In this document: positions 50,621-62,600 of the stretch, one piece after another
How positions within the stretch are numbered: position 1 is the stretch's first letter
Layout: every line of letters starts with the position of its first letter
Source: Klebsormidium nitens
Lineage: Eukaryota; Plantae; Klebsormidiophyceae
Direction: 5' to 3'
Length of the DNA stretch: 64,000 nucleotides
NCBI GenBank assembly: GCA_000708835.1
Contig: DF237009.1
Span: 124,001-188,000, forward strand
Notes under the pieces: generated by a model
What the model saw: the letters and a program-made list of their open reading frames with translations, nothing else
Told to the model about the DNA's origin: nothing
Databases searched by the model: none
Made by a program: the position numbers and the translations under genes

Positions 50621-51239
50621 GGTGGATAGCAGGGAAGACTGAAAGGCCAGGCCTCTAAGTAGAAGGATGACACTTCCTGTACCTACTTTCAGATTGCTTC
50701 AATGGTGGAGTCCTCTCTCCCAACGAAGTACCGCAGAAATGCTTGATCAGAAATGCCCAGACTCTAAAATTCTGGCTCCTAGCGAAGAAACTAGGTAAGG
50801 CTTGTTTTGCAGGCAGCACTGACTTCCGAGGCCGGCTGAGGCGATCGGACGGTCTTCAACCAGCTTCGATCCGCATGAGGTTGGTTTCGTCGATTTATAG
50901 AGTCTATCATCTGACCGCCCCGATGTCTCCACGCTTCCGGTCGCCAGGGAGCGTTTGTCCACTTGTCAACGTATACCTACCTATGCTGCACCTCAGCTAG
51001 GCCTTGGTAGCTGTAGCCTTCGGTCTTCGGCTTCGGCTGCTTCGTTCACGCACCTCTCTTCCCTCCCTCTTCCAACTCGCGCTCTACAGCAGCCGATTGG
51101 CCGATTGTCGCAGCTTCTGTAGAAAGGTTGCTTTGCGTTCACAACTTTTAAAGTACAATTGTAGTACGTCGTTTACACAGGGGTATACACAAGTTCAGCA
51201 AACGACGGTGGTCTTTGAGGAAGGAAAAGCAAGCACAGC

Positions 51240-54200
51240 ATGCAGTGTGCGTTAGCGCAAGCTTCTGGAGCAACGAGGATGGCCGCAGCGAGGTCTGTCG
51301 TCAACAGGCCCGCACCTTACTCAGCGGGCATTACGCAGTCCAGTTTCTGCCCTGGAGTTTCAATGCTGAATGCAGCCGCAATTGCTAAACCAATTATGGC
51401 TGCCCGGCCAAAGTTCACAAGAGCACAGGCAAGTGTTCTTTAATGCAATTGACAATCTTTCTGTCCTTTTATATGCACATACAGTGTATTTTAGAAAGAC
51501 ATGTTGCAGCATAGATCTATGCAGGCGCGGAGTCCCCATGGAGGATGCTTTCTTTTCAGTCACGGCGACACCCCAGCAATCGATGGTGGTAAATGATTTC
51601 CGCAGATTTACCAACTCAACCACTGTAGACAATTGCTTGAGTGTATGCATCTTTTTGAGAGCTTGGTGCCCATGACGATCCTTCTTCTTATTCTTGATCC
51701 GGGGCTGGCAGCTTCTACAGCTTGCATTCTTACGCCTTTTGACCTGGTAAGGGGCTGAGTATTCTGCACGCCATTCCCTTCGAGATCTTATCTTACACTG
51801 TGAATGTGATCCCCTAGAAGTTGTGTACCGATAGAATAAGGAGAAGAGGGTTTGTCAGACTTCCAAATGTTGTAGTGTGTTTTGGCCCTTGCATGCAATT
51901 GGGCAGAATTTCATTGTTGAGAAGTTTGCAAATGAAGACAAAGTCTCTTTTTCCTTTTCAGGCTGCTGGTCCGGAGTTGGCCACCGTGTCGTCTGCGGAG
52001 GAGACGCGGGACAAGTACACTCTGATCAAAAGGCCTGGAAAGTCAAGATATGAGGTTGCCCCTGGAATGCAGTGGGAGGTGAGGACCCTGGAACCAGTCA
52101 CAACAAGTTTGTTTGTATCTGTTTACCCCATCACTTTTTCTTTCAATCAAACAGAGACATGTCTTTTCAATCAAACAGAGCCACTGATCTGTTCGATTGA
52201 GGCGAAAGTTTGAAATTGCGATAGAAGGCATAGCCACTATCAAGCTGGCTCTATAGCTCTCCGAAAAGTCAGAGCCCGAAGATCTCATCAAGAATTGAAT
52301 CTGTCTGGCTGGTTGATCAATGTCTTGAGGTCTAGACGGTATCATTACTTAATCATCCAATGCATCCTGTTTCAGAACTCTTACTGACAACATATGTCCT
52401 CTGAAAGGCGCGGTATGCGGGAGGGAGGGATCTGAAGATGCACTTTGAAGTTAAGGAAAGAGGGTTTTGAATGGATTTTCAGGAGCACACTCGAAAGCAT
52501 ATGTTGTGTTTACCTGCTGGTGGTCAAATGGAAGACAGGGGCCAGATGTTTGGCAGCAGCGCTTGAATCAGGACGACAAGGAGTGGTGAAATTCAATTAG
52601 GCGAAAGAATGGGGCCACGAGCATCATTCCTCAGTCATCAGTGCAAGAAAGAGGGTTAAAGGCTGAATTGCTCCTCAACGCTGTCTTAGGATTTTATACT
52701 GACTGTTGTTTGAACCGCATTGCTTCACATGATAGCTTATCGCCTCCCTTCCACTCCCTGCAGTTTTTCACAGCTGGAGCCCAGGCGCTGACCAGATTCG
52801 GCAGCGCCGCATTTGTGTCCGGCAACCTGAGCAACTTTCGAGCCCGGCCTGCCAAGCCTATCGAGTTGTACGAGTTTGAGGGCTGCCCGTTCTGCAGGAA
52901 GGTGAGTGTTGCGCACGTCTTCTGTAAGCAAGTGCTTGGACCTCATGGACTCCGGCGTTTGGCTGTAATCTCGAAGAGCAAATGGAGGGGCCTTTCTGTT
53001 GCATCCCACCCCCGTCGCTCCTATGCTTCCTCGTTGGCCCGCAAAGGCGCGACGAATAGATAAAGCGATTGCCTTGATCTATCAACCGAAGCGCCAGCGA
53101 TTAGTCCTACCCAAATGGTTGGTAATTTCTCACCTCTCTCACGTCAATGCTATCCATTGTGTCGTCCCCTCATCGAATTCATGAAGCTGGAACAATACTG
53201 GTCGTTGATTCCATCCCTGCCCCCGCAACCGGTCGACCCATTACCCACTCCCACTAGTTGCCGACTTTCCTCGTTCTCCCTCACAGGTTCGTGAAGCCGT
53301 TACTATCCTGGTCATCGATGTGATCTTCTTCACGTGCCCCACGTCGGGTCGACGTATACTTCCACTCCAACTTGTTGCTAACACTCTCTCTTCCCACAGG
53401 TCCGTGAAGCCGTCACGATTTTGGATATCGACTCAATGTTCCCCTACTTCCACGGCGAGCGATTTTATGCACTCATGTACCTGTTGCTGAAAGCTTCCCC
53501 TCTTCTCGCAGGTCTGTGAAGCCGTCACAATTTTGGACATCGACGCGATCTTCTACTCGTGCCCCAGGTCGAGCCGACCTTATATTCCCCTCTCATCCGT
53601 TGCCAAGTTCTTTCCTTCGTCCTCACCGTAGCTGAAGTTTCTCTTTCTCCCTCTCAGGTTCGTGAAGCCGTCACGATTCTGGACATCGACGCCATCTTCT
53701 ACCCGTGCCCCCAAGGTGGCCCGACCTACCGGCCCAAGGCCAAGGAGCTGAGCGGCAAGAGCCAGTTCCCGTTCATGATCGACCCCAACACGGGGACGTC
53801 CATGCTCGAGTCGGACGACATCATCAAGTACCTGTTCGACAAATATGGCGACGGGAATGTGAGCGATCAGATTCTTCATTTTGCTCGTTGCGTCCCCACT
53901 TTGGGGCTGCTAGCTTCCTTGCTTTGGGGCTCTGGGAGTGCGGCTGGAAGCAAGGTTTCGTCTAAGTTGCGTCTGAAAGACATTTGAACAATTCTTTTGA
54001 TTCTGCCCGGAAGTCCGCTTTTATGCTTTTGCCTCGAGCAGTGAAAACATCAAGCCAGCTCGGTAGAACGCAGTAAGTAGAGAGTAGACTTAGGGTAAAG
54101 GCCGATAACAGTACTGCCATATGCAATTAAGCGAGAGTCTCTTAGCGGGTAAGCGGCAGAGGGACCAGGCGGAGCCCGAATAATTTCAGCTGCCGGAGAC

Positions 54201-55881
54201 AAGTTGTTGCCTAAACGTTCACGTCATGCAACACGTGGAACAACGAAGACAGATCACAAAATTGACACCCTGCCGACCTCGGGCTCGATGCGGCATCTGT
54301 GTTGGATTGCAGAGGGGCAGCTTTGTATTGCTGAAGACGACCCTTGCGTCGATGCCTAAGAAGGTTGAAAGAAAACGAAGAGGCGTACACCTTATCTCCT
54401 GTGCGGATCTTATTTGCACTGCCGAGGGGCAATTCGTTCGCTGACGGGATTTCCGTGTCTTACAGTGTTCTGTGAACGAACGTCAGGGAAAGTAAAGTGA
54501 CAATGTGCAGATCAGAGCGAGAGCGAACCAAGTCCCCTTCCGTGCAGATTCCGCTTCCGCTGCAGCTCGGCGCCGTGACGACGCTCACCGCAGGCATCGG
54601 TCTCGCGCCTCGCATGGGCGCCGGCTCGCGTTACCGCGCGGCCAAGAAGCCAGACAAGATCCTGGAGCTGTGGGCGTATGAGGCGTCGCCCTTCTGCAAG
54701 TTGGTCCGCGAGGTAAGCGTTTCATGCGGCAAAGATGAAGCCTCACGCGACTAGTGCAGTCTTAAAAGTCGGTACAAACGGATCTTAGCTCGGTTTGCAA
54801 TGAGCGGGTCAGCGTTGGCGGACGGACTCGGTCAGTTTGTAACCCGCTTGCGAGGTGCGGGAAGGAGGTTTTGTTATTCAGACAAATATTCGCTTTCGTT
54901 TTCGGACCTTCGAGATCCCGGGCAGAAAATCTTGCTGTCGGGGATCTTATAGCCAGACCGGTAGTCATTCGAAGAGACGGCTGCCAAATGTTTTCGTCGT
55001 TTCCGGATTGAGACGTTTGTCCGGAGGAAAGGCCTTGACGGGTTTGGACGTTTGCATCTGCGATTGCTGGTTTGCGTTGAAACGCATCCAGGATACGGGC
55101 ACCTGTGTTATTCACGCTTTCCGCCTTTCTGGGAGTTTGTGTTGATTCTCTGAAGATCCGCGAGAAAAACATGCTCGAGCATTCCGGGTCTCCATAAATA
55201 GTCTAGAACCAACTTCCTGGCGCCTACTCAAAGCCTCTCTTTCCTCGTCTATGAGATGGAGATGTGTGAACGTGACTGCAGCAACGCTGAGCAGTGCAGA
55301 AGCGGCAGTTTTCGTGTTTGACAAAAAGCTCTTGTCAAGGCATAGTGCCCTCTGCAGTATGCTCTTCATTGGACCGCTCTTTGTCCGGTCGGAACACTAC
55401 ATGTCTTCGGGCTTTGAAATGGAAGAATCATGCTCGGTCTCTTGGGAGTATGTCCGACAAGAGGGGTCTTCTGATCGCAATGCTGACATGAGCCAACCAT
55501 TGTGTCCATTCCGCAGGGCGGGCTAGCCCAGTCTGAAAAGGTCATCTGCTTTCAGGTCCTATTAGACAGGACACTTCGTCATTACGGCCGCCGAAATTCA
55601 ACTTCTTGGTTGGCTTAAGAGTCTGTAAGCTAATATCAAGGTTGGGTAGCTAATTCGGTACTTTTGCTAAGCTTATGATTTTCTGTCTGCAGAAATTGGT
55701 AGAACTGGAGCTTCCCCACCTGTACCATTCCGTTGCACGGAACAGCCCGAAACGGAAGGAGTTGACGGACAAGTGGAATACCGACTTCCAAGTCCCGTAC
55801 CTTGAAGATCCGAACACAGGAACTGCCCTGTTCGAAACAGATGACATCAACAAGTACCTTGAGAGGACATATGCGCTGTAG
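51240..55881 (+). CDS. Plastid-targeted protein with two glutaredoxin-like GST_N (thioredoxin-fold) domains, At5g03880-like
   Basis: Exons 51240-51428 (GC donor), 51962-52078, 52764-52901, 53658-53858, 54548-54712, 55693-55881. Domain 1 IELYEFEGCPFCRKVRE..QFPFMIDPNTG.SMLESDDIIKYL. Domain 2 LELWAYEASPFCKLVRE..FQVPYLEDPNTG..LFETDDI.KYL. Confidence 0.92.
53270..53657 (+). repeat. Three truncated tandem copies of the exon-4 acceptor plus first 45-65 nt of exon
   Basis: TCACAG|gttcgtgaagccgttact (53287), CCACAG|gtccgtgaagccgtcacg (53400) and CTCGCAG|gtctgtgaagccgtcaca (53512) precede the real CTCTCAG|gttcgtgaagccgtcacg (53658). Confidence 0.95.
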
Positions 55882-57053
55882 ATAGAAAAGCACCAAGGAC
55901 ATTGAAGCCGGTAGCCAACTGGCGCATGGTCTGATTAAGGATCAATTTTGACGTATATGCTTCTTGGCTCTTTTGTTAGCAAAAAATCGTTTCCGATAGG
56001 CGCATTTCCTGTGACATGAGTGTTGGGGACCAGCTGGCGATCCCCTTCAACATCTGACGCTTGTGGTGGATGCTCGCTGGCTCAGTTCTTTTGTGCAGGT
56101 GCTTCAAGTGTGTTGACAGATGCTCAATGAGACCGAGGGTGCACCAAAATCACCCTCGATTTTTGGTGCTTGCGCCATAAAGGACGCGCTTCATGCACGT
56201 GGTTCAGCCGCCATGTGTATTCAACTTGCTGCACGGCTGATCCGCATTTACCTCTAATGTTACACCACGGACAAACCTGGACATATTGACTATGATAGTA
56301 TGGTCTTTCTCATGAGCAAGTCTGACATGTGGTCTGTCCATAGATGCAACCCTCGATGCATTTGTGGACAGACAGAGAGCTGGCCGTAAGGCAGCTATCG
56401 GGCATGTGAAATTGCGCATGAACTTTGAGGTATATCTGAGTCATGGGTCGCCGCGCCTCCTAGAATCCACATCTTCCTGAATTTATGCTTGATCATTTGG
56501 AAAGGCGCAACCACATAAGACCTCTGCTTCCAACGAAGTAGTTGCATATATCTTATGATGCATTTAGCAACCGCCTGTGCATGGGATGGTCAGTATCGTT
56601 ACGCATGATGCTGTACCGGGTCATTAGAATTTCTTCAGTACATATCATTGCACCGAAGCCCTAATCGACTTTTCATGCAAGGAGGGTTGAAAGGACTGCA
56701 AACCAAACACCATCATTATGTGTAAGATTGGTACTGAAGATCTTCCTATACAATTCTATTGACTTCTATAGAAGCTCGGATGGATGGTAACAGAATCAAC
56801 AGCATGCATGCATTATAGCCGGTAGTCTGATCAGTCCTTGTTTGGTAAGAGCTTCGCAAACCTTCAACAAGCGATTGTGCATTAACAGTGGAAGTTCGAT
56901 CAGCTGTACAAAGGTCCGCGCTGAACAACGTGATCAATCGGCCTTTACGTACGTGACAGGCTGGGCCTCTATCTTTTCAGAATGACTTACTGTGTAGAAC
57001 GAACGCGTAGATTGCAGTGCTGAAAGAAACTTAGCAATGGCCCTTGAACATGC

Positions 57054-58433
57054 CTAGCGGCGAATGAAGCTTTCCTTGGCTGGCTGGCCCAGATAGTAGT
57101 CCTTCTCCACGAACTGGCTGATTGCGACCTTTGGGAAACGTCTTTGCAGCTGAAATAGGGATCTGCTGAAGTCCTTGAACCGGAACTGTGTATCTTCTCT
57201 GTCCCACACGTACACCTCTAACGATTGTAACTGAGTACAAGCCTTCAAAACTTTCAGCAGTGTCTGGTGCACACTAAAGTTGACTGTTCCGTTCTCCTCT
57301 AAAGGCACCCACAGTACCAGATGTCTCAAATTGTCCAAGTTAGTCGAGGCTTCTGGATCCGAAAAGATTGGGTTCAAGATATCCGAATCAAGTTCAAGGC
57401 TAACCAGGGACGTAGAGCACTGCTTGGTCAAATCCAAAATGCCGTTGGAAAGCTCATCGAGTCCAATGTGGCTGCCGACTGCTAGATGCTTCAAGCCACT
57501 GGCCGTCTCAAGAATGGTTGCAGTCCTTGCCAAGACAGCAGCACCCTCACAAAGTGTGACCAAGCTCAGATTAGGAAACGGGCCTCCCAGCAGATGCCAA
57601 AACTTCCTATCATCCCCTGCAAACGCACTCTGATAGGGAATGCTGAGCTCGAGAACCTTTAGCCTTGCAGCAGTGTTGTCATCTATTAGGATATCTCTGG
57701 TGGAGCTAGTCATCCAGACTTTGAGGCTTTTCAGGCTATCTGAAGAAATGACAAGGGGCATGTCATCTCGAATCTCATACTCGCACTTGTTTAATTCAAG
57801 AGCTTCGAGTTTCTTGGCAGAAAACAGGAGCATTCCTATAGATGAGGATTCTAGATAGACGTTCGTGAGACCGAGGCATCTCAAGCTTTTGAAACCAGAC
57901 GCGTTGAAGCCCATGGATGGGAAGGCAAATGTGTAAACTTCAAGTTCCTCGAGCCTTTCCATCAAGTTGATTTCTTGGAAAAAAACTTCCGCTGCCTGAG
58001 GATAGGCGATCGACTCGTCCCGTCTCTGCTTGTCATCTGTCGATTCTTGATGCGCAGGTCCCCACCACAGAGTCTCTATAGTAGGTCGGAGATGCCTTAG
58101 GAGTCCCAGAAGTCCGCTGGCAGGGAAAATGCCACCAATCAGCCCCGCCACCTTCAAGGCTCTAAGCCGATTCGTTCCCAAGACTAGCCTGCAGACATCA
58201 ACGTCGTCGAGAAATCCCTGGCTAGCTTCCTGTGAACCCTCGATGCTGAGAAATTGTACAGAAGGAAGTGCCTCCAGGAATCTCTTGCATACTGACGCTG
58301 CCCTCACGACGTCTCCTGCAGTTGGCAGCTTCGATAAGATGCTTCCCACCACGTTCAAAGGAAGATCCGACCAGCTGGTAGACTGAATATCGTCATCTCT
58401 GTTCAAGTCAGCGTTGCATGGGAGCTTTGCCAT
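57054..58433 (-). CDS. Intronless F-box/LRR(RNI-like) protein, about 459 aa
   Basis: Single long ORF, first ATG at 58433 (MAKLPC...). F-box motif SWSDLPLNVVGSILSKLP..DVVRAASVCKRF, followed by repeated LxxLxL segments (LRALKV, LEELEV, LRCLGL, LEALEL, LKSLKV, LKVLEL, LRHLVL, LQSLEV). Confidence 0.85.
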   Translation of the reverse strand: MAKLPCNADLNRDDDIQSTSWSDLPLNVVGSILSKLPTAGDVVRAASVCKRFLEALPSVQFLSIEGSQEASQGFLDDVDVCRLVLGTNRLRALKVAGLIGGIFPASGLLGLLRHLRPTIETLWWGPAHQESTDDKQRRDESIAYPQAAEVFFQEINLMERLEELEVYTFAFPSMGFNASGFKSLRCLGLTNVYLESSSIGMLLFSAKKLEALELNKCEYEIRDDMPLVISSDSLKSLKVWMTSSTRDILIDDNTAARLKVLELSIPYQSAFAGDDRKFWHLLGGPFPNLSLVTLCEGAAVLARTATILETASGLKHLAVGSHIGLDELSNGILDLTKQCSTSLVSLELDSDILNPIFSDPEASTNLDNLRHLVLWVPLEENGTVNFSVHQTLLKVLKACTQLQSLEVYVWDREDTQFRFKDFSRSLFQLQRRFPKVAISQFVEKDYYLGQPAKESFIRR

Positions 58434-59688
58434 TCGAGCGATTGAACAATCACGGCCGATGGCGATACTTTGACGTTTGAAGCTTCCAGATGCTTTTTCC
58501 ACTGTCCTTCTCAGCCTGTTTTGCCGCCAGAAAATGCACGGTTGAAGCAAACGGCCTTCGCAACTTCTTGCCAAAATCACAGCCACCTCACAGCGCAGGG
58601 CGTTTCGTGGTTCTAGCTTCAAGTCAATCTGATGCCAAGATCGAGGATTCAAGAGGCACTTTTGTTCATCCTGTTCAAAAATAAGACCGTCTTCTCGAAG
58701 TGACTTGTCCCCTTTTTTCCGCTCTTAAGCCTTACATGCATCGCGTCGTGCATGTCCGATCGTCAGTGTGTGGAGGCCGGGCTGGTTGCTTCTTCTTGCG
58801 AAGAAACCAAATTTTCAAATCCTGGAAATCTAAAACCCTGCGACACTGAGTACAGATCGGCGTCGCGGCCGCCCGGCGTCCCAACCCGGCGCCGTGCACT
58901 GAGGACTATCGAACGGTTTCCGCGAGATTCAAAAGTTATCGACGCTTCACAATGCTTGAAAGAACTTTGCGCGCGCGAAACGTAACTGGACGGAGCCTGC
59001 TACAGTAGCCTAGTCGGAGAGTTCAGTTCGTGCATTGTTGGTTTTCTGGAACCGGCCGTGATGGTATTAGTTGACCTCATGCTATTATGACCGCGTAGGA
59101 TTTATTTCTCGTCACATCTCAAACTGCACCGGCTACTGTAGCTTTCCGGCGGACGGAGCCGGCATTTGTGTCGCCGTGATAATACAGCAGCCCACTGAAG
59201 CTGCATAACAGAAATCAATTTTCTAGAATCAGAAATCGTAACCCACTGGGTATACAGGTTATTCCAGTCTTCTTACCTCATGCAAATGGATCTACCTACC
59301 TATCTAGGGAGCTCGTTCCCGGGGAGCTTGTCATGCGCTGCAGATTGAAAGCATTTTCATGGACCTGGCACCAGTCAGCTAGGTCTGGGCGTCTTGAGAC
59401 GCATACACGTCAGCCTGCCTTCACGACGTTATAATCCGTCCAGCTAGTTGTAACAGCGCAGGGGGGCAGATTCAAGTTCAGCCAGTAATTGCAGCACAGG
59501 GAGCCCTCAAAGGGCGCGACAAAGCCCAAAAGCTGCCCGCTGCGTTTTACCAGGCAACCGTCCCGTGAGCAGCCTCAAGCCATACATGGCTGCATCAGCG
59601 CTTAGCAATCCTCAGCTAAGACCACCCAAACGTACGTCAGGCGAAGACGTGTGCTTTCAACACCCTGACCTCATCCTGGATTGAAAAG

Positions 59689-62600
59689 ATGGACGCGGGG
59701 CGGCCCTCCTCAGCTGGTCCCGAGCTCTCGCGCCCCACTTCGAGGGCGGCCTCCGAGCGCTCCGTTTCCGAACGAGTGTCAAATAGGCCCAGCACCGCCA
59801 GCAGTCGTCTCAGTCTGGAAGATTCAGCGGGGCTTGACACTGAGCTGAAAATGAGTCAAGAGGAGGTAATCCGCTTGAAGATGGAATGCATCCGGTGGGA
59901 GAGCTCGGCGGCGGAGAGTCGGGTGGCGGAGGAGGATGCAAAGTACCAGACGCAGCTAAAGGAGTTGGAAATCCAGGTAGAACCAGCATTCAGGCGCTCA
60001 AGCAAGATCTCAGCATTTTAATGCAAGCGTCAACTCATACACATAACTGCAAAAAGGTCGTTTGAGGATGGTGGTATGGGCAGATGCTGGTTGAAATCAG
60101 TGTTTGTAAAGCAGGCGTGAAATTCAGGGTCAGAGATGTCTTTGAGAGAGAGGCACAAGTCAAAGCTTATGAGGGGAGTCGTCTATCCTCTCTGAGAAGA
60201 AGTGAGTACTTGGCCTGTATCACACAGCTCTGTGATTGAAACGTAAATGGTATTCTGCTTTTTGATCTTGGCAAGGTCTACCAACCTGGGCGGGTGAGCG
60301 AAAAAGCATCGCAATGGCTGGGGTCGCCTTCAGAGCCAAGTTGCAATGGTGGTGGAGATTGAGTGGTCTGGTTTCAGAAGTGGGTAGACTGAACCTACAA
60401 CAGTGCAGCGACAGCACAAAGCTGGGCGGTATTCTGCTCTATCCTATGAATGTCGTTGTTGAGGAGTACTTTGGTTATGAAGCGTCTTCGGAAGATAAAC
60501 GAATGCAAATCGCGATTCAAGGCCTCCAAACAAGATGGGCAGTCGAATGAGCAGTTATCCCTCAAGGTTGATACCTTCGACCCAAAGCGTTCCAAATCGT
60601 GAGCAGTGTTCTCCAGATAGTTGACCAAGCCACAATCTCAAGTGCGCTGCTTCTTCGAAGCGCAGTCAACTTACCGCCGCGGTCCCTCGGATATCCGCTC
60701 TACAGAGATTTTGGGCCGGGTGACATTTGACATGTCACCTTTCTCAATTCAAAAAATGATCGCATACAGCTTATTGCAGTACTCTGGAAGCTTAAGCAAA
60801 GGCGAACGGAGGCTAGACCTGACTGGATTCTGATGCGGACTGAGTGTAGCGAAGACTATTTCGCAGGCGCAGTCAAACAGTGGGGCAAAATTGCTCAATC
60901 GGGCACCGAACGATCCGTGTAATTCGCAATAAGCACGAGCAGTGGAGAACGCCCATCTGTGACAGCTTCTGTTCAACAATTGCCAATTCTTACTGCATCT
61001 GATCGGTCCATCCAGATTTGCTCATGAGGCCACCTTCCTCGCAGGCGCTGAAGGAGCGGTTGGCGGTTTTCGACCCTGTTCTTGTCGAGGAGCGCAACCG
61101 GGCGTTGCGCCTCCGGATTCAGGAGTTGCAGGAGGAGATTGTGGAGCTGAAAGAAGGGAAGTACGAGGAGGCGGTACACTTGCAGCATCATTCGTTTCAG
61201 GTGGGGAATGCTTTCCCAGCAAAAACATGTTTCTTATGAGCATTATTGTGAAGACAGATTGGAAGCAGACTTGTTGCATTGAAACTGGAAGCAGACTGAT
61301 GGCAGTGACGCTGGTTTTTGGAGCGGGCGCGTTCTCGTGAACGAAAGTTGCACCACATACAGCAGCTTCAATGAGCCACTCACTAAGCTGTTGTGTTTTG
61401 CAATAAGCTGCTCCCCGAAGAAGATAGGGAAAGATTCTCGCAGACATCGTGGTTCTCGTAAGCCCAAAGAATTCTTCCATCGACTTCCAGATCAAGCTGA
61501 ACCTCACATAGCACGCCCTTCGTGTCGGTTGAGTTTACGCGAAAGCCCTTCAGCCGACTTCACTGCAAACCCGCCGAGGCCCCCGTTGCGCAGATCCGCG
61601 CGCACATGGAGGCGGAATTCCGGCGGAGAGTGTCCGAGAACGAGGCTCGGCTGACGGAACAGCTCCGAGCGGAGCTGCCCGCGGACGCGCGCCAGGCGCT
61701 GGTCGACCGGGACAGGCTCCGGGGAGAACTGCAGGCGCTGCAGGAGAGCGTCGGCTCAGGTGGGTCAGGTTTGGGATAATGAAGAAAATGTGACAAAAAC
61801 GAAGAAAAACAAAACTAAAATTGGAAAAAGGAAAAGCGCGCTGGTCGACCGGAACAGGCTCCGGGGAGAACTGCAGGCGTTGCAAGAGATCCGGATCAGG
61901 TAAGTTCGAAGCATAGAGGGTTTGAGGATTTGAGGGTTCAAGGGGTTAAGGGTTTGAAATTTCCATGCATAAGGATTTTAGGGATTTGAGAATTTTAGGT
62001 GTTCAAAAGGTCGGATTGAGGAAGGGAGAGGCTCCGGAAGGAGCTGCAGGTTCTGCGGGGAGCGTCCGATGTCGGCTCGGGTGCATTTTCTCCGCGGCCC
62101 AGAAGAGATTGTTGGACCGAATCCAACATGATCATTGGCTCAAGTAGTTTAGGATCGCAGTTCCGAGAAGCGAAGAGAAAGGAAGAAGACTTGGCGCAGA
62201 GGGGTTAGGACCGCGGATTGTTGAAGGGGAGTAAGAAAAAACAACAGACCAAGTCGGCTCAGGTTGTTTAAGGACAACAGTCCGGAGAAGAAACAAAAGA
62301 AAGATTCGGCGCAGGTGGGCAGCGCCAGGGGGTACTTTCGTCGTCGATTTGTCACCGTATTCCGTTATTCTGTCATCCCGTTATTCCGTTATTCCGTATC
62401 CGCTCTCGACATTAATCATTCGCAGTCACGAGCAACTCCGTAACCCGTCTCATTCGTCGTTTCCTCATCCGCAGTCACGAGTCGCTCTCGCCTGGGCGAA
62501 ACTCGCCAGAAGCAGTCAAGTGTTCTTCTTCTCTCGACCTCTTTCCGTTGTCCTTCTTCCGGTTTTGCTTCTTAAACCCAGTCATTCCTCAAATGCAAAG

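Noticed and set aside
53270-53700. CRISPR-like look of regularly spaced repeats
   Set aside because: The repeats are copies of a spliceosomal acceptor plus exon start in a eukaryotic gene. They are not palindromic, have no unique spacers of constant length, and no cas genes are present.
58434-58684. N-terminal extension of the F-box ORF from TTG 58652, and an opposite-strand 64-aa ORF
   Set aside because: Eukaryotic initiation is expected at ATG 58433, and the plus-strand ORF has no usable donor or continuation.
60314-60979. Coding-like ORFs on both strands within coiled-coil intron 1 (possible nested pseudogene or TE)
   Set aside because: Interrupted by stops and no domain recognisable by eye. 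It needs a TBLASTX search.
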